Positions 13,661 to 28,894 of a DNA stretch of 64,000 nt are shown in pieces. The DNA is from the human T2T-CHM13v2.0 reference genome, Homo sapiens. The stretch is from the NCBI RefSeq assembly GCF_009914755.1, contig NC_060947.1; one strand, written 5' to 3'. Positions within the stretch are counted from its first letter, which is position 1; every line of letters begins with the position of its first letter. The notes beneath the pieces were generated by a model, which saw nothing but the letters and a program-made list of their open reading frames with translations, made no database searches and had not been told where the DNA came from. Both the position numbers and the translations under genes were made by a program.

Positions 13661-14155
13661 CTATCAACTGGGGTTCTGGCAACAGGAACCAGAAGGCACA
13701 CCCAAATGGAATTCTGAAGACAATTCAATAAAGAGAATATTTGCAAAAGTGAAGGCAGGGAAATGAGAACCAGCAATGGATGGTGAAGCACCTTGGAACC
13801 TGTAAGTGGGAAGCTGCTGTTATCCTTAGGTTTGAAGGGGAAAGTAAGAGGGGGAAATCGTAGGAACCCAGTGACATCTATAGCTGTTGGAAAGAGCCAC
13901 AACTCCTGCCAAGACAGGAGCCAGGACTCCAGCAGAACTCAATCACTGCCAATCTGCAACTTGGCAGGGTGGAATTCAGGACAAATAAATATTCTCGTCT
14001 CTCTCCTCCTACTTTCAGATCTCTTCCCGAGATTGGCCAAACCCAACTAAAAGCCAGGCAGCAAGGTAACCTGGGTGATACCATCTAAAGGAGTTCGAAT
14101 CAGAGTAGAGAAGGCTAGAGAATGATCTGGAAGGGCAAATGGGGAGTAATCTGAA
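13661..14155 (-). mobile_element. ERVL LTR (LTR33-like)
   Basis: CAGGAACCAGAAGGCACAC...AATAAAGAG...GGATGGTGAAGCACC matches the recalled reverse complement of LTR33. Confidence 0.65.
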
Positions 14156-14186
14156 TACTAAACAACACTCTAAATCCCACCCCATG

Positions 14187-14611
14187 TGATATGGTTTGGA
14201 TGTTTGTCCCCTCCAAATCTCATGTTGAAATGTGATTCTCAGTTTTGGAGGTGAGGCCTGTTGGGAGGTGATCAGATCATGGGGGCGGACGTCTCACGAA
14301 TGATTTAACAGCATCCCTTTTGTGATAAGTGAGTTCTCTCTCAGTCAGTTCATGTGAGATCTGGTCCTATAAAATAACATGGGACCTCCCCCTTCTCTCT
14401 CTCTTGCTCCCACTCTTGCCATGTGACATGCTGGCTGGCTCCCCATCACCTTCGACCATGATTGTAGGCTTCCTGAGGCCCTCACCAGAAGTAGATTGCC
14501 AGCACCATGCTTATACAGCCTGCAGAACCACGAGCGAATTAGACTTCTTTTTTTTGTAAGTTACCCAGCCTCAGGTATTCTTTTACAGCAATGCAAGAAT
14601 GGACTCACATA
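14187..14611 (+). mobile_element. MSTB-type MaLR solo LTR
   Basis: Starts TGATATGGTTTGGATGTTTGTCCCCTCCAAATCTCATGTTG. Perfect 5-bp TSD CCATG at 14182-14186 and 14612-14616. Confidence 0.92.
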
Positions 14612-15364
14612 CCATGTTTGGCACTTGGCCACATGTAAAACAAACCATGGATGATAGCTCCTGTTTTAAGTCTTTATTTCTTAATACTCTCTGTTTACTA
14701 TTTCCATTCATTTCTGTTTCTTCCTATCTCTCTTTCTTGGGTTCCTGGCTCTGTACTTCTCCCTGCTTCTTCCTCTGACATTCATGACACCCTTTGGATT
14801 TTTCTTAGGTTCCTGAATGTTAGCTTTCTAGTAGGTTCTTGGCTCTCTGTTAATGACTCTCATTTTTGATTCTCTCCAAGGAGAAACTTCTCACTCTTGC
14901 TTTAGGCTTGTGGAGTCCCACCAGTCATGACCAGTTTCCTGACCAATTGAAAATCCATTGTTCAAGGAAAAGTAACTTCTATAGCCACTAATAGACCAAC
15001 ATAAGATGGTGACTTTGACATGGAACATGTGCCTAAATTATAGAATTCTTAGCTTTGAGAGTCATTTATTAGAAAGAACTCAGCCTAAAAGTCATGTGTG
15101 CGTGTTCTGCTAGACACAAATTTGATCTATAAAACCCTTCTGTGCGGGCAGAAAATGAACACACTTTTTCCAAAAGGCAAATTAACGTGGAAGCACACTC
15201 TTTTTGTTTTCATTTTTTGTGTATATCTCCATTAGCAAGTGGAAATAGCTGTAGAACTATGAGTGGTGTAGACATTGTGATGTGAATTCTTAACTCGGAG
15301 TACTGGCATATAGAAAACAAAAATTTTCTGCAATTCACCTATCAGTTGTGATATGAAAAAAATG

Positions 15365-15741
<377 letters not shown>

Positions 15742-15855
15742 TCACTCGTTGGAAAGAAGATGAAGATACAGACAAAATCAGAATAGGGTATTTACTTTAA
15801 CCAGACCTGAACAAGGGTTTCAGTGAGGAGAAATTGAAGGTAGACATCAGAACTA

Positions 15856-16728
15856 TAGCAGGTCCTTGAATAAGTTATTTTATTCAACATTGTTTCATTC
15901 AACATGATTTTATTATAACTTTGATGAGAAAAAATATCAATTCCTGGCCAGGGCCACCGGGCCACTGTCTGTGTGGAGTCTGCACGTTCTCCCCATGTGT
16001 GCAGGAGTTTTCCTCAGGTACTCTGGTTTACTCCCATATCCCAAAGCTGTGCATATTAGGTGAATGGGCGTGTCTACATGGTCCCAGTCTGCGTGAGTAT
16101 GGGTGTGTGTATGAGTGGGCCCTGCAGTGGGATGGCATCCTGTCCAGGGTGGATTCCTGCCAGGCAACCTGAGCTGCTGGGATAGGCTGTGGCCACCTAC
16201 CACTCTGAACTGGAATCAGGAGGTTGGAAGATGAATTAATGAGTGAATACAAATGATCGTAAAATAGAAATCTGTAAAGTCTACAATAATCATATACACA
16301 TGCACAACAATAAACGCTGCAGGATGAAGGCACTCAGACAGCCCCTTGCTAGTTGTGATTGATTTTGAACTGCATGGTGGTATGAGGTGCTCCTTATTAC
16401 GTTCACTTTGCAAACACTTATTCCTTGATTTAGCCCACCACCACCATGACTGCCATTGCTACTCATTTGCCAGAAACTGGGTAAATAATTTTCTTACTTA
16501 TTTTTATTATGTTTCTTAAATGTATGTAGAGCTCACATTAATTTCAATGTTTAATAGTAGAAATGTTTTGGGGTCTTTATTTAGAAGTTTGGTGATGTTT
16601 TTGTCACCATACGAACTTAATTCCTAATTAGATCAATTAACAAACCTACAGGAAAATTGGTTCCTCACAACTCTTTTTGCTTAAAGTTGCCATTTCCAAG
16701 AGCCTATTGACAACATTGAGGGCTACTA
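15856..16728 (+). mobile_element. MER6 (TcMar-Tigger non-autonomous element), near full length
   Basis: Starts AGCAGGTCCTTGAATAA. Internal TGTGTGGAGTCTGCACGTTCTCCCC. End region TTTCCAAGAGCCTATTGAC. Confidence 0.85.
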
Positions 16729-17442
16729 TATGTAATTAGCTGACTTATTTATATCTCATCTTCTTTTATAAACACATTATTGGGAAAAATAATTTTCTAT
16801 GCAGCAAGTTTTATTATCTGTGATGAAAAAGTGCAAAAAGTCTTACTTCAGAAAGAAGTTAGTGCAGATTAATGCCAGTTGTCTATAAATCTCTTTTATT
16901 CATTCGCCAGCATTAACAAACACTATCTAATAATTTTACTAACCAATTGATTGTGATCAGAAAGCAAACACTTCCTTAATAAAGCATGTTATGGATTATT
17001 ATTTGCAGCACAAGGGTACCACTTGATCAAGAGAGAATGCATATCCAATATTTTCACCAGTAATACAGGTATTCAATTCATTCAGCACACATTATTTGAA
17101 AATTTACTCTTTGATAGGCACTAGGCTGAGGACCGGAAGAGACAATTGTCATAGAATTTTGCTGTGAGGAATTAGGAATTCTAATTAGGAATCTTTCACA
17201 AGCCTGGTGATCAGAATTTGTACCAAGCCACTCCAAGGACAAAATTAAGCCAGTAGTCATGGAGTGGATGATAATATCCAACTTTTAATAACAATTTCAG
17301 AAGCTGAAAGAAACAGATATTGCATCTGGTTTCTTTAAGGGTTTCTTTTTGTCTAAGAAATCCTAAGATCCACATTACAAAGTGGTACGCAGTAACTGTA
17401 GAGTTCTAAACCCATTTGATTCACGGCTTCCTACAACATGGC

Positions 17443-17977
17443 TGTGGTAGGCACAATAACAACCCCCAAAGATGTCCACAAAGATGTCCGCAAAGTATAA
17501 CAATCCATACTTTCACGGCATGACATGGCAAAGGGACTTTGTAGGTATGAATAAATGGAGGATATTAAGATGGGGAAGATTTTCCTGGATCACCTGAGTG
17601 GGCCCAATGTATCACAAGGGTTCTTATAAGAGGAAGGCTAGAAGCTCAGAATCAGAGAGATGTGATGACAGAAGCAGAGATGAGAGAGAGAGAGACAGAG
17701 AAAGAGTGATAGAGAAATATTTAAAGATGAAATGATATTTAAGATTGAAAGCTGACTGTGAAGATGGAGAAAGGGGTCATGAATCAAGAAGTGTAGGTGG
17801 TCGCTAGAAAACGGAAAACACGAGAAAATGGATTCTCCTCTGAAGCCTTCAGAAGGAAAGCAGTTCTGCCATTGCCTTGACTTTAGCCCTGTATGACTCA
17901 TTTCAGTCTTCTGACCTCCAGAACTGTAAAATAATAAATTTGTGTTGTTTTAAGCTACTATGTTTGAAACTAATACA
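17443..17977 (+). mobile_element. MLT1D-type MaLR solo LTR
   Basis: TGTGGTAGGC...AAACTAATACA. TSD ATGGC/ATGAC. Confidence 0.88.
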
Positions 17978-18104
17978 ATGACTGAGTGTAGAATGTTTAC
18001 AGAAAACGTGACAACAAACTCACCTTTGAGTAACTCCAAATGTGTGATGACTGCAGACACAGTAGGTTCAAAGGAAGTGCTGAGGTACAAGAATCAATCA
18101 TGCA

Positions 18105-18280
18105 GTGTGACAATTTGAAACATGGCCCCAAGTTCTTTCACAGACCTCCTTTTGAGAGGTAGGATCTGTGTCCCCTACTCTTGAATCTGCATCCTCTTGG
18201 GACTGCTTTGACCAATACAGTGTATAAATGCTGATAAATGACATTTAAGGCCAGGTCATAGAAGACCACAGAGTTTCCAA
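18105..18280 (+). mobile_element. MLT1F/G/H-type LTR fragment
   Basis: CTTGAATCTG...GACTGCTTTGACCAATA...GGTCATAGAAG. Confidence 0.55.
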
Positions 18281-19939
18281 TGAGAAACATGACTGTCCCT
18301 ATGTTCTTTTTCACTCTGTGAAACTATAATTTGATAAATGATTACATCTTCTAAAGAAAGTACCAGTGAGAATAAACACATTTCATCAAAGAGAAAGAAA
18401 TTAAGCTACACTGCATGTAAGATTCCAATTCAAATAAATTATGGGTAATTTTCATCTGCTATTTTTTAAGACATTGTATCAGTCTTTGAGCTCATTTTCT
18501 CACCAGGTTTGAACATATTCCTTCTTTTCATCCTGTGTTTTGCCGTTTTGATGTTACAAGAATTATTTTCAGTGCCACTTCCTTTATTTGCTATAACAAA
18601 AGGAAGGAGAAATTAGTTTTCACTCTCCAATCTGGCTTCAGCAATGCTGATTTTTTAAATTATTATTTCCACATGTTCTCATCTTCTAGTCTTTACTGCT
18701 ATCCCTTCTTAGACCCTCCCCCCCTTCTATCTACCACCTTTCAAACACATGTAACATTAAGGATTTATCCTCTAACAACACTTCTTTAAACAAGAACGCT
18801 CTTCTCCATCCATTCTTCTCGTTCCTTTCCAGTTTAGGGAAGCAATCAAGTTTCTTGAGGCTGTTTGGCCATATGGACAGGCAACTCCAAAATTCTTTCT
18901 GATAAAATGTTTGTTCAACTTTGCTTCATTGAAGAGACAAACTTTGGAGCTTCAGTAAGAATAATGGGTTCTATGGGAAGATGTAATAAGTGGTGGCTCT
19001 ATATAAGACATATCACCTGAAATCTCATATGTAAAGGCCCAGTTCAGGTTTAGAAACCACTAAAAGGTGATTTTCACAGGTAATTTACAACAATGACTAT
19101 GAAAGATACAATTTTTTCTGAACCATTTTAAAGTAAGTTAATGTTCACATGTCCTTTACTCCTTCAGGGTATGTTTCCAAAAACAAGGACATTCCCCTAC
19201 CTAACTGCAATATAATTGTCAATGATTTAGATGGACTTCTAATATCTGTTCCCTTCTAAAATTCTGAGTATCTTTCAAAGGAAATTTTGGTTGGAACACA
19301 TTGCTATAATCAGGTAAAATCTATAGCTGTTGCATGCTTTTTATATTGGGAGCTCCGGAGGGTGGAAAAGTCCTCTCTCTCCTGTTAAAGATGTACAGAT
19401 TTTGTCCCAAGTTCCTTTTGTCCCTGTAAGTGGGGGGAGGAAGGGGAGGCTTCTGAATTCAGGACTAAAATGAAGCCAAAAATTTAACTCATGAATCCAC
19501 TCTGTGCATGTGTCCCCCCATTCTGGTGTGATTAGGTTTACTAAATCTTTCTAGATTTTCTGAAAGTATGATCTAAAATGGTCCTAAACTGGACTTAGAT
19601 CTGTGTTGGATCTATGCAAAAGTTAGGAGATTCTCACTTTCTTTAGGGATGCAATTTTCACTTCACGTAGATCTCTGTAAGATTTATATTTTCTGGACTT
19701 CGGTAAAGTACACTGCTTGTTATACCATGTTTGTCCAGCTTTTGAGGAGAGCTTTACTACTATCTTCCAGGACATTTTCTAATTTGTAATTTCCTATAAT
19801 TCCCCTACTTTCAGCTCAACTCTCTAATATATTATTTTACTTTCATATTTATTTGAACAGAGAAAGTCAATTTTAAAATCATTGATCTATTCTTTAGCTT
19901 CACTTGAACAACTTTGCCATGGAAATTAGTAGAATTGGG

Positions 19940-20599
<660 letters not shown>

Positions 20600-20899
20600 T
20601 AATAAACCATTTCCCCAAATGCTAAAGCACACAATTTTAAAATAATTATTTTAAGTAACAAAATGTAGTTTTTAAATGTTTGGTAAAATAAAATATGTTA
20701 TTGCAGAATAAATTTTATTCTACTTTGTACAAGATAGGTGCAAATTGGATGGTTAATTGAAGGCATTTGGTAAACAGCGAAAGTACAATTGGAAGCATGG
20801 AATTGACAGAAATCACTGGGTTGGTGTAGGTATTTTATTAATGATATTGTTGAAATTCATGGCATACTAAATTAGGAGGTACCATAAGCATCCATAGAC

Positions 20900-21707
20900 T
20901 TAGATTTATTTCTAGGTGTATGATGGCATCTTAAGCTATTCTAGTGATATTGTTTTTCATTTTCCAATTGTCTTTTGTTAGCACAGGCATACCTCGGAAA
21001 TATTGCAGGTTCAGTTCCAGACCACTGCAATAAAGCAAATATCACAATAAAGCAAGTCACATGGAATTTTTGGTTTCTCAGTGCATATAAAAGTTATGTT
21101 TACACTATACTGTAATCTATTAAGTGTGCAATAGCATTACATATAAAAAATGTTCATACCTTAATTAAAAATACTTTATTGCTAAGACATGCTACCAAAA
21201 CAAGCACATGTTGTTGGAAAAATGATACTCATAGACTTGCTTGATACAAGGTTGCCACAAACCTTCAATTTGGAAAAAAAAATGCAATATCTGCAAAGCA
21301 AAATAAAGCAAAGTACAATAAAATGATGTATGCCTGAATAGAGAAGTCCAGTTTATTTTTGTATATTGACCTTGTACCATGCAACCTTGCTGAACTCACT
21401 TATTTTACCAGGATTTTTTTTTGTAGATTGTTTAGGATTTTCTATGTACAGTCATTTTGTCTGTAAAGTTTTAATTTTTCTTTCCACTTTTTACATTTTT
21501 GCATTTCTTTTTCTTGCTTTATTTCACTGGCTAGGAGTTATTAAACAGTGTTGAATCAAAACGATGAGAGCAGATATCTTTTCCTTGTTCTTGATCTTAG
21601 GGGAAAAATGTTTAGTATTTTGCCATTAAGAATGATCTTTGCTGTAGATTTCTCACATATGCTCTTTATTGGGTGGCAGAAGATTCCTTCTATTAGTTTG
21701 CTGAGAA
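20900..21707 (-). mobile_element. Old L1M ORF2 fragment interrupted by Tigger1
   Basis: TTTTTGTATATTGACCTTGTA...CAACCTTGCTGAACTCACTTATT and CTTGTTCTTGATCTTAGGGGAAAA match antisense L1M ORF2. Confidence 0.85.
20984..21336 (-). mobile_element. Internally deleted Tigger1 with both TIRs
   Basis: Termini CAGGCATACCTC and GTATGCCTG. Only ~350 bp remain. Confidence 0.9.
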
Positions 21708-22204
21708 GACCCACCATCTGACACGTGGTTAAACAATTACCCAAAATAATAACAATCAAGACTGCTTTGGGAAAATCTGAGTATGTGAGGTTGCTATATC
21801 TTCACCTTTTACCTTTGAGTTTCAGGCAAACCTAAAGCTGTGAGCTTTCTTCTTCCTGCCTTCTGAAGCTTGCCCTGGTACCTTTTAGCCCTTTCAAAGT
21901 AGAGACGTCTCCTAAGCAGAAAGTAATCCCCAGTTCTAGATGTGCCTCCATGCAAGAATGCACTACATATTCTGTTAAAACCCCAGAAAAATATCATTCA
22001 AGGTCAAAAGCCCTTCCAGCTCATATGAGCCATTTAATCTTCCTTCTGAAAGTCCTACCCTCAATCTAGTGAAGGAAAGGGAAATGGTGAAAGCTAAAAG
22101 AGACGCATCTCTCAGCCCTTCTAGTCCTAAATGACTCTGTGGGTAGCACTCTTAAGTAGGTGTGAAGGGGACTGCACAGGGCTACAAATGAGTGGTGAGG
22201 ATGC

Positions 22205-22392
22205 AGGTGGTGTGGTGAAAAGAGCCTGGACTGGCAGTAAGGAGACCTGGGCTCTGTTGTGTATTCTGTCCCTCTCCAGCTATTTGACCTTGAAGAAAGC
22301 TCCATGGTGAACTCCCTGGCCTCAGTATCTTCATCTGTAAATTGCATGGATTGAACCAACATATGAACTCCAAGGGCCTTCTGATATTCTGG
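22205..22392 (+). mobile_element. MIR-family SINE
   Basis: GGAGACCTGGGCTCT...GCCTCAGTATCTTCATCTGTAAA core. Confidence 0.75.
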
Positions 22393-23073
22393 ATCACTAT
22401 GACTCTAAATTAGAACAACTAAACATACAGAAAGACTAATCACCACAAAATGAGGAATCTACTAGAGAGCAAATGCAAATACTCTTCTCAACTGTTTAGT
22501 AGATAACTGGAGTCATATTCACTGCAAGGTTATCTACATATTGATTACTCTGTCCCAGGAAATGTCTCCACATTTATGTCCTCAGCTGGATCACAGCTTC
22601 CTAGCCAGTAAGAAATGCACTGAGTAAGACTTACTAATTTTTCACACAGGGAACAAGAAATATTCTCCTTCAGCTTTGTCAGGGAAGAAGTGGGTAGAAA
22701 ATCTCAAGTTATGGCACTGCCCAGGAAGGGATGAAGAAGAAGGGGTGAAGAGTAGGGGAAGCTGGCAGTGGAAGATCTCCTCACTTAAATGGGGAAAAAA
22801 AGAAAAGGCATCTCACCTGCATTAATGGAAGTGCTTAATTTGGGAGAATTCCCTGGAGATCCAAGATGTCTGATAAGTGCAGAATAAAATTTGTTGGACA
22901 CCAGAGTATTACAGTTAACAGGCCCAAGTCAACAGGTTCAATTTCCATCATTGCGGTATTGAAGCCAACATGGTCTTGCCTTTCTGGGACAGTGCAGATT
23001 TCATGTAATTTAATAGAGGTCATTAGTGACATATTTTATGTAATTCAATAAGGGTCATTAGTGAAAATATAAT

Positions 23074-23653
23074 TGTGGTGGTTTTAAAGCAAATTCTTTG
23101 ACACACCCATGGGCAAGCAGGGGTCTATGTCCCCTCCCTTTGAATCTTAGCAGACTCTCAGCTGGTTTAACCAATAGAGTCCAGCAGAAGTAGTGCTATG
23201 TGACTTCCAAGGCTAGATCAGAAAAGGTGATGCAGCTTCTACTTTGCTTGCCTAGAACATTATCTCTTGGAGCTCTGAGCCACCACATGAGATGTCAGAC
23301 TATTTTGAGATACCGTGCTGTGAGGAAGCCCAAATCAAATAAAGGGGTCATGTATAGGTGTTCCAATCATCAGTCCCAGCTGATCTCAGTCTCCAAGACA
23401 TCCCAGACTAGATACCTGACATGTGAGTGAGGAAGCCTGTAAATGATTCCAGGCCTTAGCCAATTAAGCCACTCCCAGCCTTCTGAATCTTCACAGCTGA
23501 GTCCTCAGACATTGTGAAAGAGAGATAAGCCACACCTGCTGTCCCCTGCCTTAATTACTGACCTACAGAATCCGTAAGCATAATGAAATCGTTGTTTCTT
23601 TCTGCTATTAAGTTTGAATGATTCATTAAACAGTAATAGATAATCAAATAACA
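23074..23653 (+). mobile_element. MLT1G/H-type MaLR solo LTR
   Basis: TGTGGTGGTTTTAAA...ACCAATAGAG...TGTGACTTCCAAGGCTAG...GTAATAGATAA. Confidence 0.8.
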
Positions 23654-24009
23654 ACCAACAAATGTGATTTAATCATTAAATTTGAAAACTAAATCTTTGC
23701 TTAGAGAGCATCATTCAGTCTTTTATTTGAGGAAGTAGGATCACTGTTATCTATTATCCATAATGTGCCCCATCCTCCCAAATGAAAACTGGAGGATTTT
23801 ATGAATATGTTGATATATGAGTCAGCTGATATTTACTGAGCACACACTAAATATATAACCCAGAGTAAGTTTTAAAGCAATAATATGGAACACAAGACAC
23901 ATTCCGTCTTTCAGTAATTTGCATCTGAATTGGATGAATGGACCAAAATACAGAACAAATGCAAATTTGCTTACAGAAGGGCTCACCAGTATTTACAAGA
24001 ACAAGTTGT

Positions 24010-24430
24010 AGACTACAACCACCTGGGATTTGAATCCTCAGGTTCAAATTCAGATTCAGACCCCCTCCCTTCCAGTTGTATGACATCAAGCAAGCTACTT
24101 AACCCCTTTGTACCTCAATTTCCTCATCTGCAAAATGAGGGTATCAGTAGTACCCTGATGTTAGGTGTCAATATTACAAGAGTACCCTGATGTTAGGTGT
24201 CAATATTACAAGAGTACCCTGATGTTAGGTGTCAATATTACAAGAGTAGCCTGATGTTAGGTGTCAATATTACAAGAGTACCCTGATGTTAGGTGTCAAT
24301 ATTACAAGAGTACCCTGATGTTAGGTGTCAATATTACAAGAGTACCCTGATGTTAGGTGTCAATATTACAAGGGTGTTTGAGAGGGTGCTCAGGTGTTTA
24401 GACATAGCCCACACAGCAAATGCAGACTAA
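24010..24430 (+). mobile_element. MIR interrupted by a minisatellite
   Basis: TTACTTAACCCC-like stretch and CCTCAATTTCCTCATCTGCAAAATGAGG core before the array. Degenerate MIR tail after it. Confidence 0.7.
24149..24372. repeat. Minisatellite, 7 x 32 bp (AGTACCCTGATGTTAGGTGTCAATATTACAAG)
   Basis: Seven head-to-tail copies with a single substitution (C>G at 24249) and no spacers. Confidence 0.99.
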
Positions 24431-24599
24431 AGCAAAGTTGCTGTACAAAAAGTCATTTCAATAATCCATGGGCTAAAGGCTCAAGTGTAACCCTGAGCAA
24501 AAGGCTTCACGCTGGAGACTGAGTGAATACCCTGCTTTGCTCCTTCTCTTCTCCCCAGTCACTGACTACCTCTGGCTCCCCCATCTTGCCTGGCTGTGG

Positions 24600-24790
24600 A
24601 CGTGATGAAAGCGCTTGAATTCTGGAGTCAGACAGGTAATGAGTCCCAACCTTGGCACTTACTACCGTGACCTTGGGTAAATTCATTAGCATTCTAGTTT
24701 CCCTCCTTGGTAAACTGGAGAAAACAATGCCTACATTTATGGAGTGTTGTTAGGACTAATAATCTAAGATAGAAGGTACTTGATAAGAAT
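24600..24790 (+). mobile_element. MIR-family SINE
   Basis: TCTGGAGTCAGAC...GTGACCTTGGGTAAATT. Confidence 0.75.
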
Positions 24791-25059
24791 TCCTTTCATG
24801 ATAGGGTAGTGGGAAAAAGAGTTAGGGAAGATGCCTCAACTACACTTGTATAAATGTTTATTGATACACAATTCTGATTAGCCTGTCCTCAGAACAGCCT
24901 TCAAAAGCAGTTGCCTTACCACAGGTGGAATTGATCATGTTCTAAACATACAGTGTTGTTGGATTTTAGTGTGCCAGGGTCCATAAATATGTGTTTACCT
25001 TCTCGGGACAAACAGATTCTAGACATTCAGGATTTAAGGTATAAAAGCTTCTCATAGGA

Positions 25060-25630
<571 letters not shown>

Positions 25631-25889
25631 TGTCCCAGGAAGGTGCTGCCATTACTACTTTCCTTTAATTTGCCAGTGGTGGGAATGAGGAAGAGAAGAG
25701 TAGTGTAGAGGCTCTTACTATGTCTGGTTGTAGACCAAAGCCTTCATTTTGGTAATTACTTTTAATTTAGCAGAAAAGGCTTGATGCAGCAACAACAGCG
25801 TGATTCAGCTCCCTGCTTTCCCACAGCACTCTCTGAAATGAAGGCACGGCAGGGGGGATATATGTAATTCCTTTCTTCATGTATAAAGG

Positions 25890-26050
25890 GCTTATAAATA
25901 GTAATACCAACCTCAGTGCCGGGCATTTCCTGGGGAATTAATAGCCAGCTGGGGTTAACAGTCCTTGGTTCGACTTTAGGCCATCAACTCTTCTTGCTGC
26001 TCATTAATTCCCAGAAAGTGCCCTGTGCCTTGATGGTTATTGCTTAAATA
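25890..26050 (-). mobile_element. Eulor5-like ancient (Crypton-type) hairpin element
   Basis: Minus strand TTAAGCAATAACCATCAAGGCACAGGGCACTTTCTGGGAATTAATG...GAGTTGATGGCC...TTAACCCCAGC...CCCCAGGAAATGCCC...TATAAGC matches recalled Eulor5A. An internal inverted repeat is visible. Confidence 0.75.
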
Positions 26051-26224
26051 CATTAAAATCAAGTTAAGGGGCTGACTTAATGTTTAGGTGTGATAATGTA
26101 AAACACAAGGAAGTACTCCCAGCAGACACATTCACTGTCGTGTGTTTTTATTTAACTAATTTTCTTCTATATGTTTGAGTAGTGCAATGGAGTGATGCAT
26201 ATGGACATTTTTGCAGCTGTTGCT

Positions 26225-26225
<1 letters not shown>

Positions 26226-26261
<36 letters not shown>
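26226..26261. repeat. (TG)n microsatellite
   Basis: About 18 perfect GT units. Confidence 0.99.
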
Positions 26262-26263
<2 letters not shown>

Positions 26264-26916
26264 AATGCTCATAACTAATCAGACAAGACCTGCACAGAGA
26301 CCTTGCTAAAAAAAACTTTACAATGGGTTCATCATTTCAGTGAAAATTCTCTATTTGGATTCAAGAGAAAATATTTACATACAAGAGAAAATATGAGGAA
26401 ATAGTTTAGGAAAATGTGGGTTAAATAAGTCATCTGTTCTTTATTAGCTTAGCACAAAGACATTTTGGGGTAGGCCCAAGAGAGGCCTGAAACATGGGGA
26501 GGCACCCTTTAAAACAACATTTCCCCTTTGGAAGATGGAAAAGAACCCTTCCTAGGGCTTTCTGCTTATTGCTGCCCAGTAGAGGAGAATCATCTTAAGG
26601 CAATTCCAAGCAGTTCTTGAAATAGGAAAGCAGGCACATTTTTAATTTTAAAACATCCTCTTTGTTTAATTCAATAAAGTGGGCATTTATCGTAAGCATC
26701 TTTTGTGCAAGGGTAGGGAGGGGAGCATAGTTGACTGTGAAGCCCTAGCCCTTCATAGCTCACAGTCAAATGTGAGAGATGGGCAGATGGACCCAGACCA
26801 GGCTACTAGGCAAAATGTTTTCATCTCTGTAATCAAGACAAATATCACATGCTTCAAGAAAACAGATGGGAAGTTTATTGTGAATAGAAAAGATTCAGGG
26901 ATCACCCAAATTATGA

Positions 26917-27740
<824 letters not shown>

Positions 27741-28569
27741 TAACTGGTTTTATGATTTGGAAATTTTGTTTAGCTTCTTGCAGGCTAGGACCACTTCTAA
27801 TTCACTCTTATCTTCCTATGGCCCAGATAATGCTTGGCATACCCTATGCTCAAAACGTATTTGATAAGTGGAGGAATGGATGAATTGGTGAAGGTAAGTT
27901 CATATTTGAATGGCTAGCAGCCTCCTTTCCAACTGTTCCCATGATCAAAACACTCATCCAAAATAGATGTTAACCTGGAAATGGTCTGAATTCTCTAAGA
28001 CTGACAACTATTTGGGGATGTGTGCATTTGCCAAGTCCCTGGTTTGGATGCCACACCTGGTAGAGGTAAAACCTGGTTACTACATACAAAAGATGTGCTA
28101 TCACCTGTATTAGAACAATTGAGAAAAATTCTCTGTGGCAATTAGGAAGGATACAGCTGGGATTCGCACTAAACTGAAATTTAAATGTCTACATAGACAA
28201 TGAAAAAATAAAATCCTATCACTGACTGTCTTTCTCTCCATCCATCCATCTGTGAACTATGGATAATAATTACATATACCTTTTCTACCTCCCAGAGTTG
28301 GAGAATATATAATGTACGTGAAATTTATCAGTTGTATAGTATTACATAAATACCAATTCTTATTAGCATCTCTACTTTCTATTGGTAAATATTTCTGTGG
28401 TGAATATTTCACTTAAAGTGTGTCTTCCCATTCACAGCACATTCCAAGAAGCCTGTATCCCTCACCACCAGACTAAGATGTGCCCCTCAGGTTAAGTATA
28501 ATTATTTTAGCAGGAGTTTAAGAAAAACATAGCAGGAAGATAAATGCTAAGCAAAACAGAATTTTTTAA

Positions 28570-28894
<325 letters not shown>

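Noticed and set aside
24149-24372. CRISPR array (32-bp direct repeats)
   Set aside because: The repeats are contiguous with no unique spacers, there are no cas genes, and the DNA is primate. It is a minisatellite.
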